Positions 1-9,276 of a stretch of 64,000 nucleotides of DNA are shown in pieces. The translations under genes and the position numbers were made by a program. The notes beneath the pieces were generated by a model. The model saw nothing but the letters and a program-made list of their open reading frames with translations. It did not search any database and was not told the origin of the DNA. Each line of letters starts with the position of its first letter. The stretch's first letter is position 1. The stretch is from Myxococcota bacterium (GTDB taxonomy: Bacteria > Myxococcota_A > UBA9160 > UBA4427): positions 1 through 64,000 of the forward strand of contig JAYZFK010000024.1 of assembly GCA_036336835.1 (NCBI GenBank). Reading direction: 5' to 3'.

Positions 1-444
1 GAGGCGGCACGGCTCCACGGCTGGATCGAGAGCGCGCTAGACGCGGGCGCCACCCTGCTGTGCGGCGGGAGCCGAGAGGGTGCGATGCTCGAGGCCACCC
101 TGCTCGAGGCTGTTCCTCCTGGTCAGCAGGTGGTCTGCAAGGAGGCATTCGGGCCTGTCGCAGTCCTGTCGTCTTTCACCGACTTCGACGAGGCGCTCCG
201 GGAGGTCAACGACTCGGACTTTGGCCTGCAGGCGGGTGTATTCACCCGGGATCTCTACAAGGCGGAGCGGGCCTGGAACGAGCTCGATGTGGGCGGTGTG
301 GTGATCGGTGATGTGCCCTCCTGGAGGGTCGATCACATGCCCTACGGCGGTGTAAAGGAAAGTGGCATCGGGCGTGAAGGCGTTCGCTTCGCCATCGAGG
401 ACATGACGGAGATCCGCAACCTGGTGATACGCACCCCGGCCTGA
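1..444 (+). CDS. Aldehyde dehydrogenase family protein, C-terminal part (5'-truncated by window)
   Basis: Frame open from base 1; motifs EAFGPV, NDSDFGLQAGVFTRD, MPYGGVKESGIGREG. Confidence 0.93.
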   Translation, partial: EAARLHGWIESALDAGATLLCGGSREGAMLEATLLEAVPPGQQVVCKEAFGPVAVLSSFTDFDEALREVNDSDFGLQAGVFTRDLYKAERAWNELDVGGVVIGDVPSWRVDHMPYGGVKESGIGREGVRFAIEDMTEIRNLVIRTPA

Positions 445-570
445 GAGGCGCATAAGCCCCAACACACGACAGCAACGGCGGATAGGAAGCATAAGCGGTG
501 TTTCGGCAGCACGTCCGAGTGTAGACGTGATGCAGAGACCCCGATGGAGCCCGAGGGGCCGCTCGCAGAC

Positions 571-942
571 TCAGCTGCGCGAGCGCATCGACCGGATCAG
601 CTCGTTGATGCGCTTGCGCGCGTCCGCGGGCAGGCTGTCGAACTCGACGGCCATGCCGACCGGCTCGCCACCACTGCCATCGCTCAGGCGAACGATCTCC
701 GCAGCGGCCTTGATCGGGTCGCTCGAGCCGGGCAGGAGGAACTGGAGGTCGACGGTCGTCCCGAGCGCCAGCGGGTCCTCGGTCTCGATGAAGAGACCGC
801 CCTCGTTGATGTCGCGAGTGAACTCGGAGAACAGGTCGTCGACCGTCGAATACTCGATCTGCACGACCACTTCGGCTCGCTCGAAGCGGCGTCGATCGGC
901 GCCACTAGAGCTTCCTTCGGTCTCGATACTGACCTTGGTCAT
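571..942 (-). CDS. PilZ-domain protein (TIGR02266-like, putative c-di-GMP binding)
   Basis: DRRRFER (RxxxR), FTRDINEGGLFIET, GMAVEF; ATG at 942 preceded by GGAGG. Confidence 0.88.
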   Translation of the reverse strand: MTKVSIETEGSSSGADRRRFERAEVVVQIEYSTVDDLFSEFTRDINEGGLFIETEDPLALGTTVDLQFLLPGSSDPIKAAAEIVRLSDGSGGEPVGMAVEFDSLPADARKRINELIRSMRSRS

Positions 943-1062
943 CGCGACTCGCCCTCCTCCGCGCTCCAGCGCTCTCCGGGGTCTTATCGGACACATACGA
1001 CTCGGGTCTTTAGCGCTGTCGCGCAAATCCTGCGCAAAGACCCCTCGGGAGCCCTGATTTCG

Positions 1063-1818
1063 CTAGCCGTCCACGAGATCGCCGGCTTCATCGAAGCTGT
1101 GGTAGCCGCGCTCGGCCACGATCACGTGGTCGACGACGCGGATCCCGAGCAGCTCGCCCGCCTCGCGCAGGCGGAGGGTCACGCTGCGGTCCTCGGCCGA
1201 CGGGGTCGGATCTCCGCTGGGGTGGTTGTGCACCAGCACGATGGCCGCGGCCGCTCGCCGGATCGCCGGCCCGAACACCTCTCGCGGATGGACCAGGCTC
1301 GCCGTGAGGGTGCCCTGGGAGACCGTCACCTCGCCGAGGACGCGGTGTCGGCCGTCGAGCAGCAGGACCAGGAAGCGCTCGCACGCCGCGTCGCGCAGGC
1401 GGGCGGAGAAGTGACGGTGGACGTCCACCGGGCTGCGCAGCACAGCGCCGCGCTCGAGCCGGCGCGCCGCGCTGCGCCGCCCCAGCTCGCTGGCCGCGAC
1501 GAGTGCTGCCGCCTTGGCCGGGCCGAAGCCAGGCAGCGCCTCCAGCTCAGCGAGCTCGGCGGTCGCCAGACCGCGCAGACCGCGGAACGCTTCGAGTGTG
1601 GCGGCCCCGAGCGCAAGGGCGCTGCGCGCGCCCGAGCCGGTCCGCAGCAGCAGGGCCACGAGCTCCGCATCGGACAGCGCAGCTGGACCGAGCGCAGCGA
1701 GCCGTTCGCGCGGCCAGTCGGCAAGAGCTGCAGCGCGGCGGGCTCGGATCGGGGGACGGGACGCGGTGGGCTCGATCGTACGCTCTGTCGAACCTGAACT
1801 CTTCGGGCCTCGGCGCAC
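1063..1818 (-). CDS. radC: RadC family JAB/MPN-domain protein
   Basis: PRERL..GPAALSDAELVALLLRTG, HhH GFGPAKA, VHPREVF, HNHPSGDPTPSAED; start uncertain. Confidence 0.93.
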   Translation of the reverse strand: MRRGPKSSGSTERTIEPTASRPPIRARRAAALADWPRERLAALGPAALSDAELVALLLRTGSGARSALALGAATLEAFRGLRGLATAELAELEALPGFGPAKAAALVAASELGRRSAARRLERGAVLRSPVDVHRHFSARLRDAACERFLVLLLDGRHRVLGEVTVSQGTLTASLVHPREVFGPAIRRAAAAIVLVHNHPSGDPTPSAEDRSVTLRLREAGELLGIRVVDHVIVAERGYHSFDEAGDLVDG

Positions 1819-1893
1819 CGGGCTCTCCGCGGAACCGGGAGCCGGAGCGTAGCGCGGCCGGCAGCACCCGCGCCCACGGGGCCGCGTAGCGTG

Positions 1894-3153
1894 TCAGAGC
1901 GACGCCAGGCAGCTCTGCTCGGCGCCGCGTGCCTGGTCGACTCGCTCCACGAAGCCGGCCACGTCCTGCTCGGGCGCGACCAGGCTGCGCAGCGCTTCGA
2001 TCGCATGGTCGCCCTCCAGGTGCTCGCTGAAGGTGCGCAGGATCGCCAGGAAGCCGATGGCCGAACCCGCCTGACTGAGCGCGGCGTCGAGCTCGATCGG
2101 GACGGATGGGTGATAGCGCGAGCCGTCCTGGAACTCGACGCGCCCACCGGGTGCGACCTCGCCCATGCGGCGCATGGCCGCCCGGACATACCGATCGGTG
2201 AACTCGCCGCGCGGCTCGAGTGCGCGCGACAGCGCACCCGCATCGAGCTGCGCGCGCAGCACGGCGTCGAAGCGCAGCGCGCAGGGCGAGAGATCGGACG
2301 CATCGAGCCGGGCCAACGCGCCGAGCGCTCGTTCCACCGCCGCCGCGCCGCGATCGCGCGGAACCAGATCGATCGCAAACACGTTGAGCTCGCGCGCGGC
2401 GTCGTACGCCTGTCGCGACCGCAGCTCGATCGAGCCGGCGTGCTCGGCGCGAAGCGTCACACGCACTGCCAGATCCTCACCGAGCTGCTGACCGAAGCTC
2501 TCCTCCACGAGTGCATTCTCGATACTCGACAGTGCCACCCCGGCGGCTTCGCTCATGCCGGACTCGGCCAGGAACACGGCAAAGCCGTCGTCTTGCTTCT
2601 GCAAACGCGGCTCGAGAAGCTCTTTCGTCATGAACGCGAGCGAGCCGCGCCCGGCAAAATAGCGATGCGATACGGCTTCGAGCCGATTGGGCAGCGGGGC
2701 GAGATCGAAGATGATCTCGCGCTCGCGCGTGTGAACCTTGATGGTGCGGCTCTGCTGCTTGTAGCCCGGGGCGAGTACGCGGATGCGCAGCGCGTCTCGG
2801 TCGAGCGAGTGCATTCGGGGCGGGAGGATCACGGTGACCGGGGTCTCCGCCTGCTCGTACAGCTTCTGGAAGTTCGACCGGACGTAGAACAGATCGACGG
2901 TGGCACCTGAAGGCGTGGTATCGACCAGCAGCTCTCGCGGGTCGTACCAGTAGCCGGACCCGACGAAGACCGAGGAGAGCGGCAGGAACAGATTGCGCGG
3001 CGACCAGCTGGCCGGCGACTCCGGCTGCATGTCGACGACCTCCGGCTCGAACTCGCCAGGGTCGGCGGCCACACCGGCGGGCGCGCCGACGCAAGCGAGC
3101 ACCAGACACACTCCGCGAAGCAGGCGGTCGGTGCTGACCTCGGGGGGGCTCAT
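1894..3153 (-). CDS. Secreted hypothetical protein with PEGA-like beta domain
   Basis: Signal-peptide-like N-terminus; VDTTPSGATV..TPVTV..APGY pattern; TACCCT 8 nt upstream of ATG. Confidence 0.65.
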   Translation of the reverse strand: MSPPEVSTDRLLRGVCLVLACVGAPAGVAADPGEFEPEVVDMQPESPASWSPRNLFLPLSSVFVGSGYWYDPRELLVDTTPSGATVDLFYVRSNFQKLYEQAETPVTVILPPRMHSLDRDALRIRVLAPGYKQQSRTIKVHTREREIIFDLAPLPNRLEAVSHRYFAGRGSLAFMTKELLEPRLQKQDDGFAVFLAESGMSEAAGVALSSIENALVEESFGQQLGEDLAVRVTLRAEHAGSIELRSRQAYDAARELNVFAIDLVPRDRGAAAVERALGALARLDASDLSPCALRFDAVLRAQLDAGALSRALEPRGEFTDRYVRAAMRRMGEVAPGGRVEFQDGSRYHPSVPIELDAALSQAGSAIGFLAILRTFSEHLEGDHAIEALRSLVAPEQDVAGFVERVDQARGAEQSCLASL

Positions 3154-3213
3154 GGCGAGCGAGGGTATCGGACGGCTTCGGCCCGCGGAGCCGAAAGCCG
3201 CGCCAGCACCCTC

Positions 3214-4101
3214 TCAACGCGAGGTGGCGAGCTGTGCCGAGGCGAGCCGCGCTTCGGCGGCAAACGCATTCGCGAAGGTCCGCGCCGCGTTGCCCCCCCG
3301 CCGCTGCAGCGCCTCGATCACGGCAGCGGTCGAACCCGTCTCTGCAGCCCGGAGGGCGAGCACGCGTACCCAGTGCTCGCGCTCGGCCAGCGACAGCGAT
3401 GCCTGCCGACGGGCGAACTCGGCGGGCTGCTGCAACACCACCGCCAGCCAGTCGTCGACGCTGCTCGGGCTCGACTGGCCCGATCCGGCAAAGCGCGAGG
3501 CCAGGCTGGGGCGTGCGACGATCCGGACGCGAGGCTGCGCCCCGCCGGCGCGCCGCTCGGTGCTCACCGGCTGCAGCTCGAAGTAGGCACGCCGCTGTGA
3601 CGCGACGGGGGCGTGGCCGCTGCGAGCCAGCTGCGGCACCAAGCTCGGGCTTCCGAAGACGCGACGCGCAAGCGCGGCGGCCCCGGGAGGGATCGGCGCC
3701 AGCCGTTGCGCACTGGACAGCTCGGCCGGCTCCCGCGACGTCGTGCCGCTTAACTGGAACTGCCCGCTGGTCAACGCCAGGACGAAGGCCGCGAGCATGG
3801 CGCCGGTGGGAATCGCGATCCCCGGCGAGGCGAGTTCGGAGAGCAGGCTGCGAATCCGATCGCCAAGGGTGGGGGTCGCCTCGCCGAGCCGAATGCGGCG
3901 CATGACGTCCGCGGCCAGCATGGGCGGCGGCTCGACGTCGGGCAGCTTGCGCAGCAGATTCGGGATCTCGCGCAGCTCCTCGGCCTCGGCCCGGCACTCG
4001 GCGCAGCCGTCGAGGTGGGCATCGAACACTGCCCGTTTGTCGAGCGCGAGATCCCCCTCGAGGTAGTCCGCCATTCGATTCTGAACGTCCTTGTGGTTCA
4101 A
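3214..4101 (-). CDS. Zinc-finger anti-sigma factor (zf-HC2/ZAS) with TM helix
   Basis: YLEGDL..HLDGCAEC (HxxxCxxC); hydrophobic segment AIPTGAMLAAFVLAL; TTG start overlaps sigma stop. Confidence 0.88.
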   Translation of the reverse strand: MNHKDVQNRMADYLEGDLALDKRAVFDAHLDGCAECRAEAEELREIPNLLRKLPDVEPPPMLAADVMRRIRLGEATPTLGDRIRSLLSELASPGIAIPTGAMLAAFVLALTSGQFQLSGTTSREPAELSSAQRLAPIPPGAAALARRVFGSPSLVPQLARSGHAPVASQRRAYFELQPVSTERRAGGAQPRVRIVARPSLASRFAGSGQSSPSSVDDWLAVVLQQPAEFARRQASLSLAEREHWVRVLALRAAETGSTAAVIEALQRRGGNAARTFANAFAAEARLASAQLATSR

Positions 4102-4847
4102 GGCGAGGTACCTCCTGACGTGCCGGGCAACAGACCCTGCAGTTGCTCGCGCAGCGCTCGGCGCGCGCGATGGATTCGCGATTTCACGGTGCCCTCGGCC
4201 ACGCCGAGGATGCCCGCGATCTCGCCGTAGGCCAGGCCCTCGATGTCGTAGAGCACGACCGGCATACGCAGCGAAGGCGACAGCGTCTGCAGGGCATCGC
4301 GCACGTAGCGCGTGAACTCTTGCCCGAGCGCACTGTCTTCGGGATCGCGCGGCTGCTGCGGAAGGTCGTCGCCCGCGGCCTGGCGCGTGGCCAGCTTCTC
4401 GATGCGAGTCCGTTTGCGGCCGAGCGAGCGGCGGCGGTTGAGCGCGGCATTGGCCGCCACGCGATAGACGAACGTCGAGAACCGCGCCTCACCGCGGAAG
4501 CGCTTTCCGTGGCGATAGAGACTGATGAAGGTCTCCTGCGCCACGTCCTCGGCCTCTTCGCGGTTCCCCATCATGCGCATCAGCAGGCGGAACACCCGTC
4601 TCTCGTGGCGACGCACCAACTGCTCGAAGGCGTCGTCATCGCCGGCCTGCCAGGCGGCAACCAGCTCCGAGTCGGGGTCGTCGATCACGGGCTGGCGCGC
4701 CGCGATGGGTCGTGCGAGCTTCGACATGCCCGCCCCCTGCTCGACCATCTGATAGCTCATGGACGCCCGCCTTCGGGGCAAATGACCCCGGGAATCGGGC
4801 TCCGGTTCCCGGTCGGGGGGCGTTTCCTTCGGGTCCGAGCCACTCAT
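4098..4847 (-). CDS. ECF sigma-70 factor (RpoE/SigW-like)
   Basis: AEDVAQETF, FRGEARFSTFVYRVA, region 4 LAYGEIAGILGVAEGTVKSRIHRAR. Confidence 0.94.
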   Translation of the reverse strand: MSGSDPKETPPDREPEPDSRGHLPRRRASMSYQMVEQGAGMSKLARPIAARQPVIDDPDSELVAAWQAGDDDAFEQLVRRHERRVFRLLMRMMGNREEAEDVAQETFISLYRHGKRFRGEARFSTFVYRVAANAALNRRRSLGRKRTRIEKLATRQAAGDDLPQQPRDPEDSALGQEFTRYVRDALQTLSPSLRMPVVLYDIEGLAYGEIAGILGVAEGTVKSRIHRARRALREQLQGLLPGTSGGTSP

Positions 4848-4862
4848 TTGCCCGCCGCCCTC

Positions 4863-5351
4863 CTACTCCTGCTCGTCCCGCTTCCAGAGACCGCTCTTAC
4901 CGCCGCTCTTGCGCATCAGTCGGACGGCATCGAGCTGCATGCTGCGGTCCACTGCTTTGCACATGTCGTACACGGTGAGCCCTGCGGCGGCTACTGCCAC
5001 CAGCGCCTCCATCTCCACACCCGTGCGCCAGTGGGCCTTCGCGGTCGCGACGATCCGCAGGCAGCTCCCCGCAGGGTCCGGCGTCAGCTCGACCTCGACG
5101 GCATCGAGCGGAAGCGGATGGGCCAGCGGGATCCACTCGTGCGTGCGCTTGGCCGCCTGGATCCCGGCCAGCCGCGCCGTCGCCAGCACGTCGCCCTTCG
5201 GGATCTTGCCGTCGGCAATCCGTGCGAGCGTCTCGGGAGCCATCCGAACCTCGGCTCCGGCCACGCTCTCGCGGCGCGTGATCGCCTTCTCGCCGATGTC
5301 GACCATCTGGGCTCGACCCTGCTCGTCCAGGTGGGTCAGTCGATCGCTCAT
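4863..5351 (-). CDS. moaC: Cyclic pyranopterin monophosphate synthase MoaC
   Basis: [52 protein letters not shown]. Confidence 0.97.
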   Translation of the reverse strand: MSDRLTHLDEQGRAQMVDIGEKAITRRESVAGAEVRMAPETLARIADGKIPKGDVLATARLAGIQAAKRTHEWIPLAHPLPLDAVEVELTPDPAGSCLRIVATAKAHWRTGVEMEALVAVAAAGLTVYDMCKAVDRSMQLDAVRLMRKSGGKSGLWKRDEQE

Positions 5352-6235
5352 CCAGTCTCCTGCTGGGAGGAACCAGCCGGCTGCGCCGAACGCTCCTCGA
5401 CCGCTCGGATGAAGTCGAGGACGTCCTGCCAGACCTCCTCGCGCTCGGGCTCGTTGAAGATCTCGTGGCGCAGCCCAGGGTAGACCTTGCAGACGCTGCC
5501 CGGAATGCGCGCGTCCGCAAGGAAGCGCTCGGTCGCCGGCGCAGGACAAATCGGGTCGTCGCCCCCGTGGAGCCCCAGCAGCGGTAGCGAAACGCGCGCG
5601 CCGAGCCCGGCCGTCGCCCGCTGCGCCGCCAGCGTCGCCGCAGCCAGCGAGACCGTCATGCTCGTCTCCACCAGCGGATCGGCGGTGTAGCGGCGGACGA
5701 CCTCGGGATCGCGCGACAGCCCGTCGGCCGGAAAGCCCGAGCTGCTGCGCAAGGTCGGCGCGACCCGCGACAACGCTCGGGCGGCCCACTGCTTCACGCG
5801 CGACAGGTTCGGCGTTACGGCGAGCGCGGCCCCCGAGATCACCGCGCACTCGAGCGGCAGCGAGCGGGTGACCAGCGCCCTCGTCACCACGAGACCGCCC
5901 ATGCTGTGTCCGATCAGAACGAGCGGCAGCCCGGCGTGCTCACTGCGAACGAGCTCGAGTAGCTGCAGCAGGTCGTCTACGTACTCATCGAAGTCGCGTA
6001 CGTGGTTGCACCGCCCGTCGGACAGCCCATGGCCGCGCTGATCGTAGGCGTGCACGGCACAGCGCCGGCTGGCGAGCCAATCGCCCATCGCGTCGTAGCG
6101 GGCGCTGTGCTCACCGAAGCCGTGGACGAGCGCGATGACTCGCTCGGGCGACTCCCCGATCCAGGAGCGACGCACGAGTCGCGTGCGATCCATGCCCGCG
6201 AAGCTGGTTTCGGTTCGTCGGATGGCGTGCAGCAT
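5348..6235 (-). CDS. Lysophospholipase/monoacylglycerol lipase (alpha/beta hydrolase)
   Basis: [34 protein letters not shown] overlap with moaC. Confidence 0.92.
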   Translation of the reverse strand: MLHAIRRTETSFAGMDRTRLVRRSWIGESPERVIALVHGFGEHSARYDAMGDWLASRRCAVHAYDQRGHGLSDGRCNHVRDFDEYVDDLLQLLELVRSEHAGLPLVLIGHSMGGLVVTRALVTRSLPLECAVISGAALAVTPNLSRVKQWAARALSRVAPTLRSSSGFPADGLSRDPEVVRRYTADPLVETSMTVSLAAATLAAQRATAGLGARVSLPLLGLHGGDDPICPAPATERFLADARIPGSVCKVYPGLRHEIFNEPEREEVWQDVLDFIRAVEERSAQPAGSSQQETG

Positions 6236-6253
6236 GGGGCCAGCGGCGCGGCC

Positions 6254-6835
6254 TCAGGAAGTCCGGCGTCGAATGGTCTCGCGCGCCTCTCGCACCTTCT
6301 CGAGGTAGGCGAGGTTCCGGATGTTCGAGCCCCAGAAGTAGGCGGAGATGCCGCGCTCCTCGCCCAGGCGTCGAATGTTGTGCGCCAGGATCCAGCAGCC
6401 TGCCTCGATGTTGCTCTCGATGGTCGCCGCGTTCCCGGCGAGGCCGAGCGGAGCGATCATGTGCGGCATCACCTGCATCAGCCCAACCGCACCCTTTGCG
6501 CTATAGGCCCATGGGCGCACGCTGCTCTCGACGATGATCACCGCGGCCACGAGCTCGGCTTCGAGCCCATACTGCTCGCTGTAGCGCTCGACAGCGCTCG
6601 CAATCCGCCCGAGCGTGTGATCGTCGAGCGACGGATTCCAGCTGCGCAGCACGTCCTCGATACGCGCCGGGGCGATCTCGTTGGGAACGAGATCGACAGG
6701 CGCGGCGGTCCGGTCCCCAGGGGAGCGAGCCGAGCTGTCCATGACGAGGAACGCGCCGAGCAGCGTGAGCGCAATCGTGCGCAGCCGCTGCCGGCGGACA
6801 GCTCGGTGGGCTCTCGTCTGGATCGGCTCTCGCAT
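6254..6835 (-). CDS. Lytic transglycosylase (SLT domain)
   Basis: AVIIVESS, SAKGAVGLMQVMP, NIEAGCWIL; N-terminal signal/anchor. Confidence 0.9.
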   Translation of the reverse strand: MREPIQTRAHRAVRRQRLRTIALTLLGAFLVMDSSARSPGDRTAAPVDLVPNEIAPARIEDVLRSWNPSLDDHTLGRIASAVERYSEQYGLEAELVAAVIIVESSVRPWAYSAKGAVGLMQVMPHMIAPLGLAGNAATIESNIEAGCWILAHNIRRLGEERGISAYFWGSNIRNLAYLEKVREARETIRRRTS

Positions 6836-7054
6836 CGTCCATCGCTCTCGCCGCCTGCGCGGCCCATCCCACGGGCAGCAACGACTCCGGAGCGCGATCC
6901 TGCGACTGCGAGGCCCGCGGCGAGAGCCGCGGCCACGCGGGGGATCGGAAGACTCGAGCCCCCGAGGGATCCGCTCCGAGCCCTGCCGTCTGATGGGCGG
7001 GACTATAGGCGAGCTACCAAGGCTGATCCATCGAGCCAATCGGCAGTGCACTGC

Positions 7055-7070
7055 TGTGAGCCAGCTCACA
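7055..7070. promoter_or_regulatory. CRP-family binding site
   Basis: TGTGA-gccagc-TCACA, exact match to TGTGA-N6-TCACA, in an intergenic region. Confidence 0.7.
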
Positions 7071-7190
7071 CCACTTCGACGCACGACTCCGGCACAGGGG
7101 CGGTGGCACGTGTGCAACTACCTACCGCAACACATTGTAGTGACACTCGTTCTGCTGTTCCGGGTCGATGAATTGCCGAGTTCTTCGCAA

Positions 7191-7225
7191 AACTACGTAG
7201 TAGAACTACGTAGCAAAACTACGTT
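7191..7225. repeat. Three direct repeats of AACTACGT with 13-bp period (putative operator)
   Basis: Copies start at 7191, 7204 and 7217; first two contain the palindrome CTACGTAG. Confidence 0.75.
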
Positions 7226-7254
7226 TGACCAACCGTATGCGATCACAGTAAATT
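7225..7254 (+). promoter_or_regulatory. Putative sigma70 promoter of the histidine kinase
   Basis: TTGACC-18 nt-TAAATT in an AT-rich patch. Confidence 0.5.
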
Positions 7255-7333
7255 ATGCAGCGCAAGCACGGCCACCCGAGTGCTGACTGCAAAATATTGT
7301 CGAACCCCGGCCGAGCAAGTGTGCCCGCCCCCC

Positions 7334-8467
7334 ATGACCCACTCCTTCGATGGTCTCCGGCGAGTTCAGCCGTCGCTTCCCGCGGCGGAACTCCTTGATG
7401 ACCAAGAGTCAACGCATCAGAACGCTGGATTCCTGTCTTCGATCCTCGACAACGCGCCCGACCCGATAATCGCATCCGACCTCGATGGCTGCGTGACGTT
7501 TGCAAATGCTGCCGCCGCCGAGCTACTCGGCCAGCCCGTCGACGCGCTGGTCGGCCGTCCCGTCCTTGATTGCTTGCCGTGGCATGCGGATCTCAGCACG
7601 TTGCTCAACGGACGGCACGAGCGAGATCTGTCGGAGCGCGACCTCGAGATTCCGAGCGCGCGTGGCGAGCGCTGGAGCGCCGTGACGTCGCGACGGCTGC
7701 GCCTCTCCACGGGAGAGGTGGTCGGCCACGTCTTACTCCTGCGCGACGTTGGCGAGCGACGCCGTGCCGAGCGCGCTCTCGCCGCCAAGAACGAAGAGCT
7801 CGAGAGCTACGTCAGCCACGTTTCGCACGACCTGCGTTCGCCGCTCGTCTCTGTGCTCGGCTTCGCACGCCTGCTGCACCGGGACTACGGGTCACTGCTC
7901 GACACGGACGGCCGCCGCTTCCTGGATCGCATCGTGCAAGCCGGCCAGACGATGGAGTCGATGATCGAGGATCTGCTCGAGGTCTCGCGCATCGGCTGCG
8001 TCGACGAGCCCAACACGCTGATCGACCCGCTCGGTGTGATCCACCAGGTGATCACCGATCAGAAACACCTGATCGACAAGTGCGACGTCCAGATCGGGCT
8101 GCCCACACAGCCGTCGATGCTGTGGTGCAGCCGCACACGCGTCTATCAGATCTTCTCGAACCTGATCGGCAACGCGTTGGCACACATGGGTCCGGTCGAA
8201 GCCGCGCGCGTCGAAGTTTCGATCGACGACGAGCTCGACCTGCATCACATCCGGGTCGCCGACAACGGCAAGGGCGTGGCTCCCGAGCACCACGAGAAGA
8301 TCTTCGAGGTGTTCAGCACGCTCGGTGGCCGTACCGATGGTCGCAAGGCGACGGGCGTTGGCCTCGCCATCGTCCGCAAGATCGCGATCCAGCACGGCGG
8401 CGGCGCCTGGGTCGAGAGCCCGGCCGACGGCGGCACCATCTTCCACGTCACGCTGCGGGCGAGCTGA
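7334..8467 (+). CDS. Cytoplasmic PAS sensor histidine kinase (orphan)
   Basis: PAS (ILDNAPDPII..NAAAAELLG), H-box SHDLRSPL, N-box NLIGNA, DNGKG, GVGLAIV. Confidence 0.93.
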   Translation: MTHSFDGLRRVQPSLPAAELLDDQESTHQNAGFLSSILDNAPDPIIASDLDGCVTFANAAAAELLGQPVDALVGRPVLDCLPWHADLSTLLNGRHERDLSERDLEIPSARGERWSAVTSRRLRLSTGEVVGHVLLLRDVGERRRAERALAAKNEELESYVSHVSHDLRSPLVSVLGFARLLHRDYGSLLDTDGRRFLDRIVQAGQTMESMIEDLLEVSRIGCVDEPNTLIDPLGVIHQVITDQKHLIDKCDVQIGLPTQPSMLWCSRTRVYQIFSNLIGNALAHMGPVEAARVEVSIDDELDLHHIRVADNGKGVAPEHHEKIFEVFSTLGGRTDGRKATGVGLAIVRKIAIQHGGGAWVESPADGGTIFHVTLRAS

Positions 8468-8505
8468 AACCCCCACCTGCTAGCCTGCACCCCGAGAGGG
8501 GTGCA

Positions 8506-9276
8506 ATGTATCCGGTCCTGTTCGAGCTTCCGTATTTCGGGATCCCGATCACCACGTTCGGCCTGATGATGGTGGCCGGGTTCCTCGCGGCGTACTGGAT
8601 CACCGCCAGGCGGATGCGCGAGCTCGGACTCGACGACGAACTCGCGTCCAACATGCTGGTGTGGTGCATGTTCGGGGGTGTCTTCGGCTCCAAGCTCTAT
8701 TACGCGATCGACACGACGCTGCTGGGCACCAACGACTCGCTGTTGCAGGCGCTGTTCTCCCGCGCCGGAATGACCTGGTACGGCGGACTGATCGGCGGAT
8801 TCGTCTTCGCCGCACTCGGCGCGCGCGTTCACGGCATCAGCATGGGTTTGTTCCTGCACTGCGCGGCGGTCGGCGGCGCTGTCGGGCAGGCCCTGGGTCG
8901 CATCGGCTGCTTCCTGGTCGGCGACGACTACGGCCGTCCGTCCGACGCTCCGTGGGCGTTCGCGTTTCCCGAAGGCGCTCCTCCGACCTTGCAGACCGTC
9001 CATCCCACGCAGCTGTACGAAGTCGCCTGGCTGCTGCCGGTCGCGGCACTGCTGTGGCGGCGCCGCGCGACCAGTCCCTTTCTGTTCGGCGAGTACATGA
9101 TGGCAACCGGTGTCGGACGACTCCTGGTCGAGCACTGGCGGGTCAACGAGCGCGTGGCGCTCGGATTGACCGAGGCGCAGTGGATCGGTCTGATGCTGGC
9201 CGCGGCCGGCGCAGTGGGCTGGATCTACTACCGCTCGAACCCGGCCCCATTGCCCGGGCCCGCGCGTGCAGCCTGA
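8506..9276 (+). CDS. lgt: Prolipoprotein diacylglyceryl transferase
   Basis: MYPVLF, GMTWYGG, GRIGCFLVGDDYG, HPTQLYE. Confidence 0.94.
   Translation: MYPVLFELPYFGIPITTFGLMMVAGFLAAYWITARRMRELGLDDELASNMLVWCMFGGVFGSKLYYAIDTTLLGTNDSLLQALFSRAGMTWYGGLIGGFVFAALGARVHGISMGLFLHCAAVGGAVGQALGRIGCFLVGDDYGRPSDAPWAFAFPEGAPPTLQTVHPTQLYEVAWLLPVAALLWRRRATSPFLFGEYMMATGVGRLLVEHWRVNERVALGLTEAQWIGLMLAAAGAVGWIYYRSNPAPLPGPARAA

Noticed and set aside
540..565. TGGAGCCCGAGGGG resembling the reverse complement of a tRNA 3' end
   Set aside because: No T-loop or cloverleaf; too short to support a tRNA or att call
1063..1818. RadC/JAB as a mobile-element or defence marker
   Set aside because: Full-length HhH-containing chromosomal type with no integrase or E1/E2 neighbours
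7104..7116. Sigma54 promoter TGGCACGTGTGCA
   Set aside because: GG-to-GC spacing is too short for a -24/-12 element
7191..7225. CRISPR or mini-array
   Set aside because: Units are only 8-10 bp with a 13-bp period, no spacers and no cas genes
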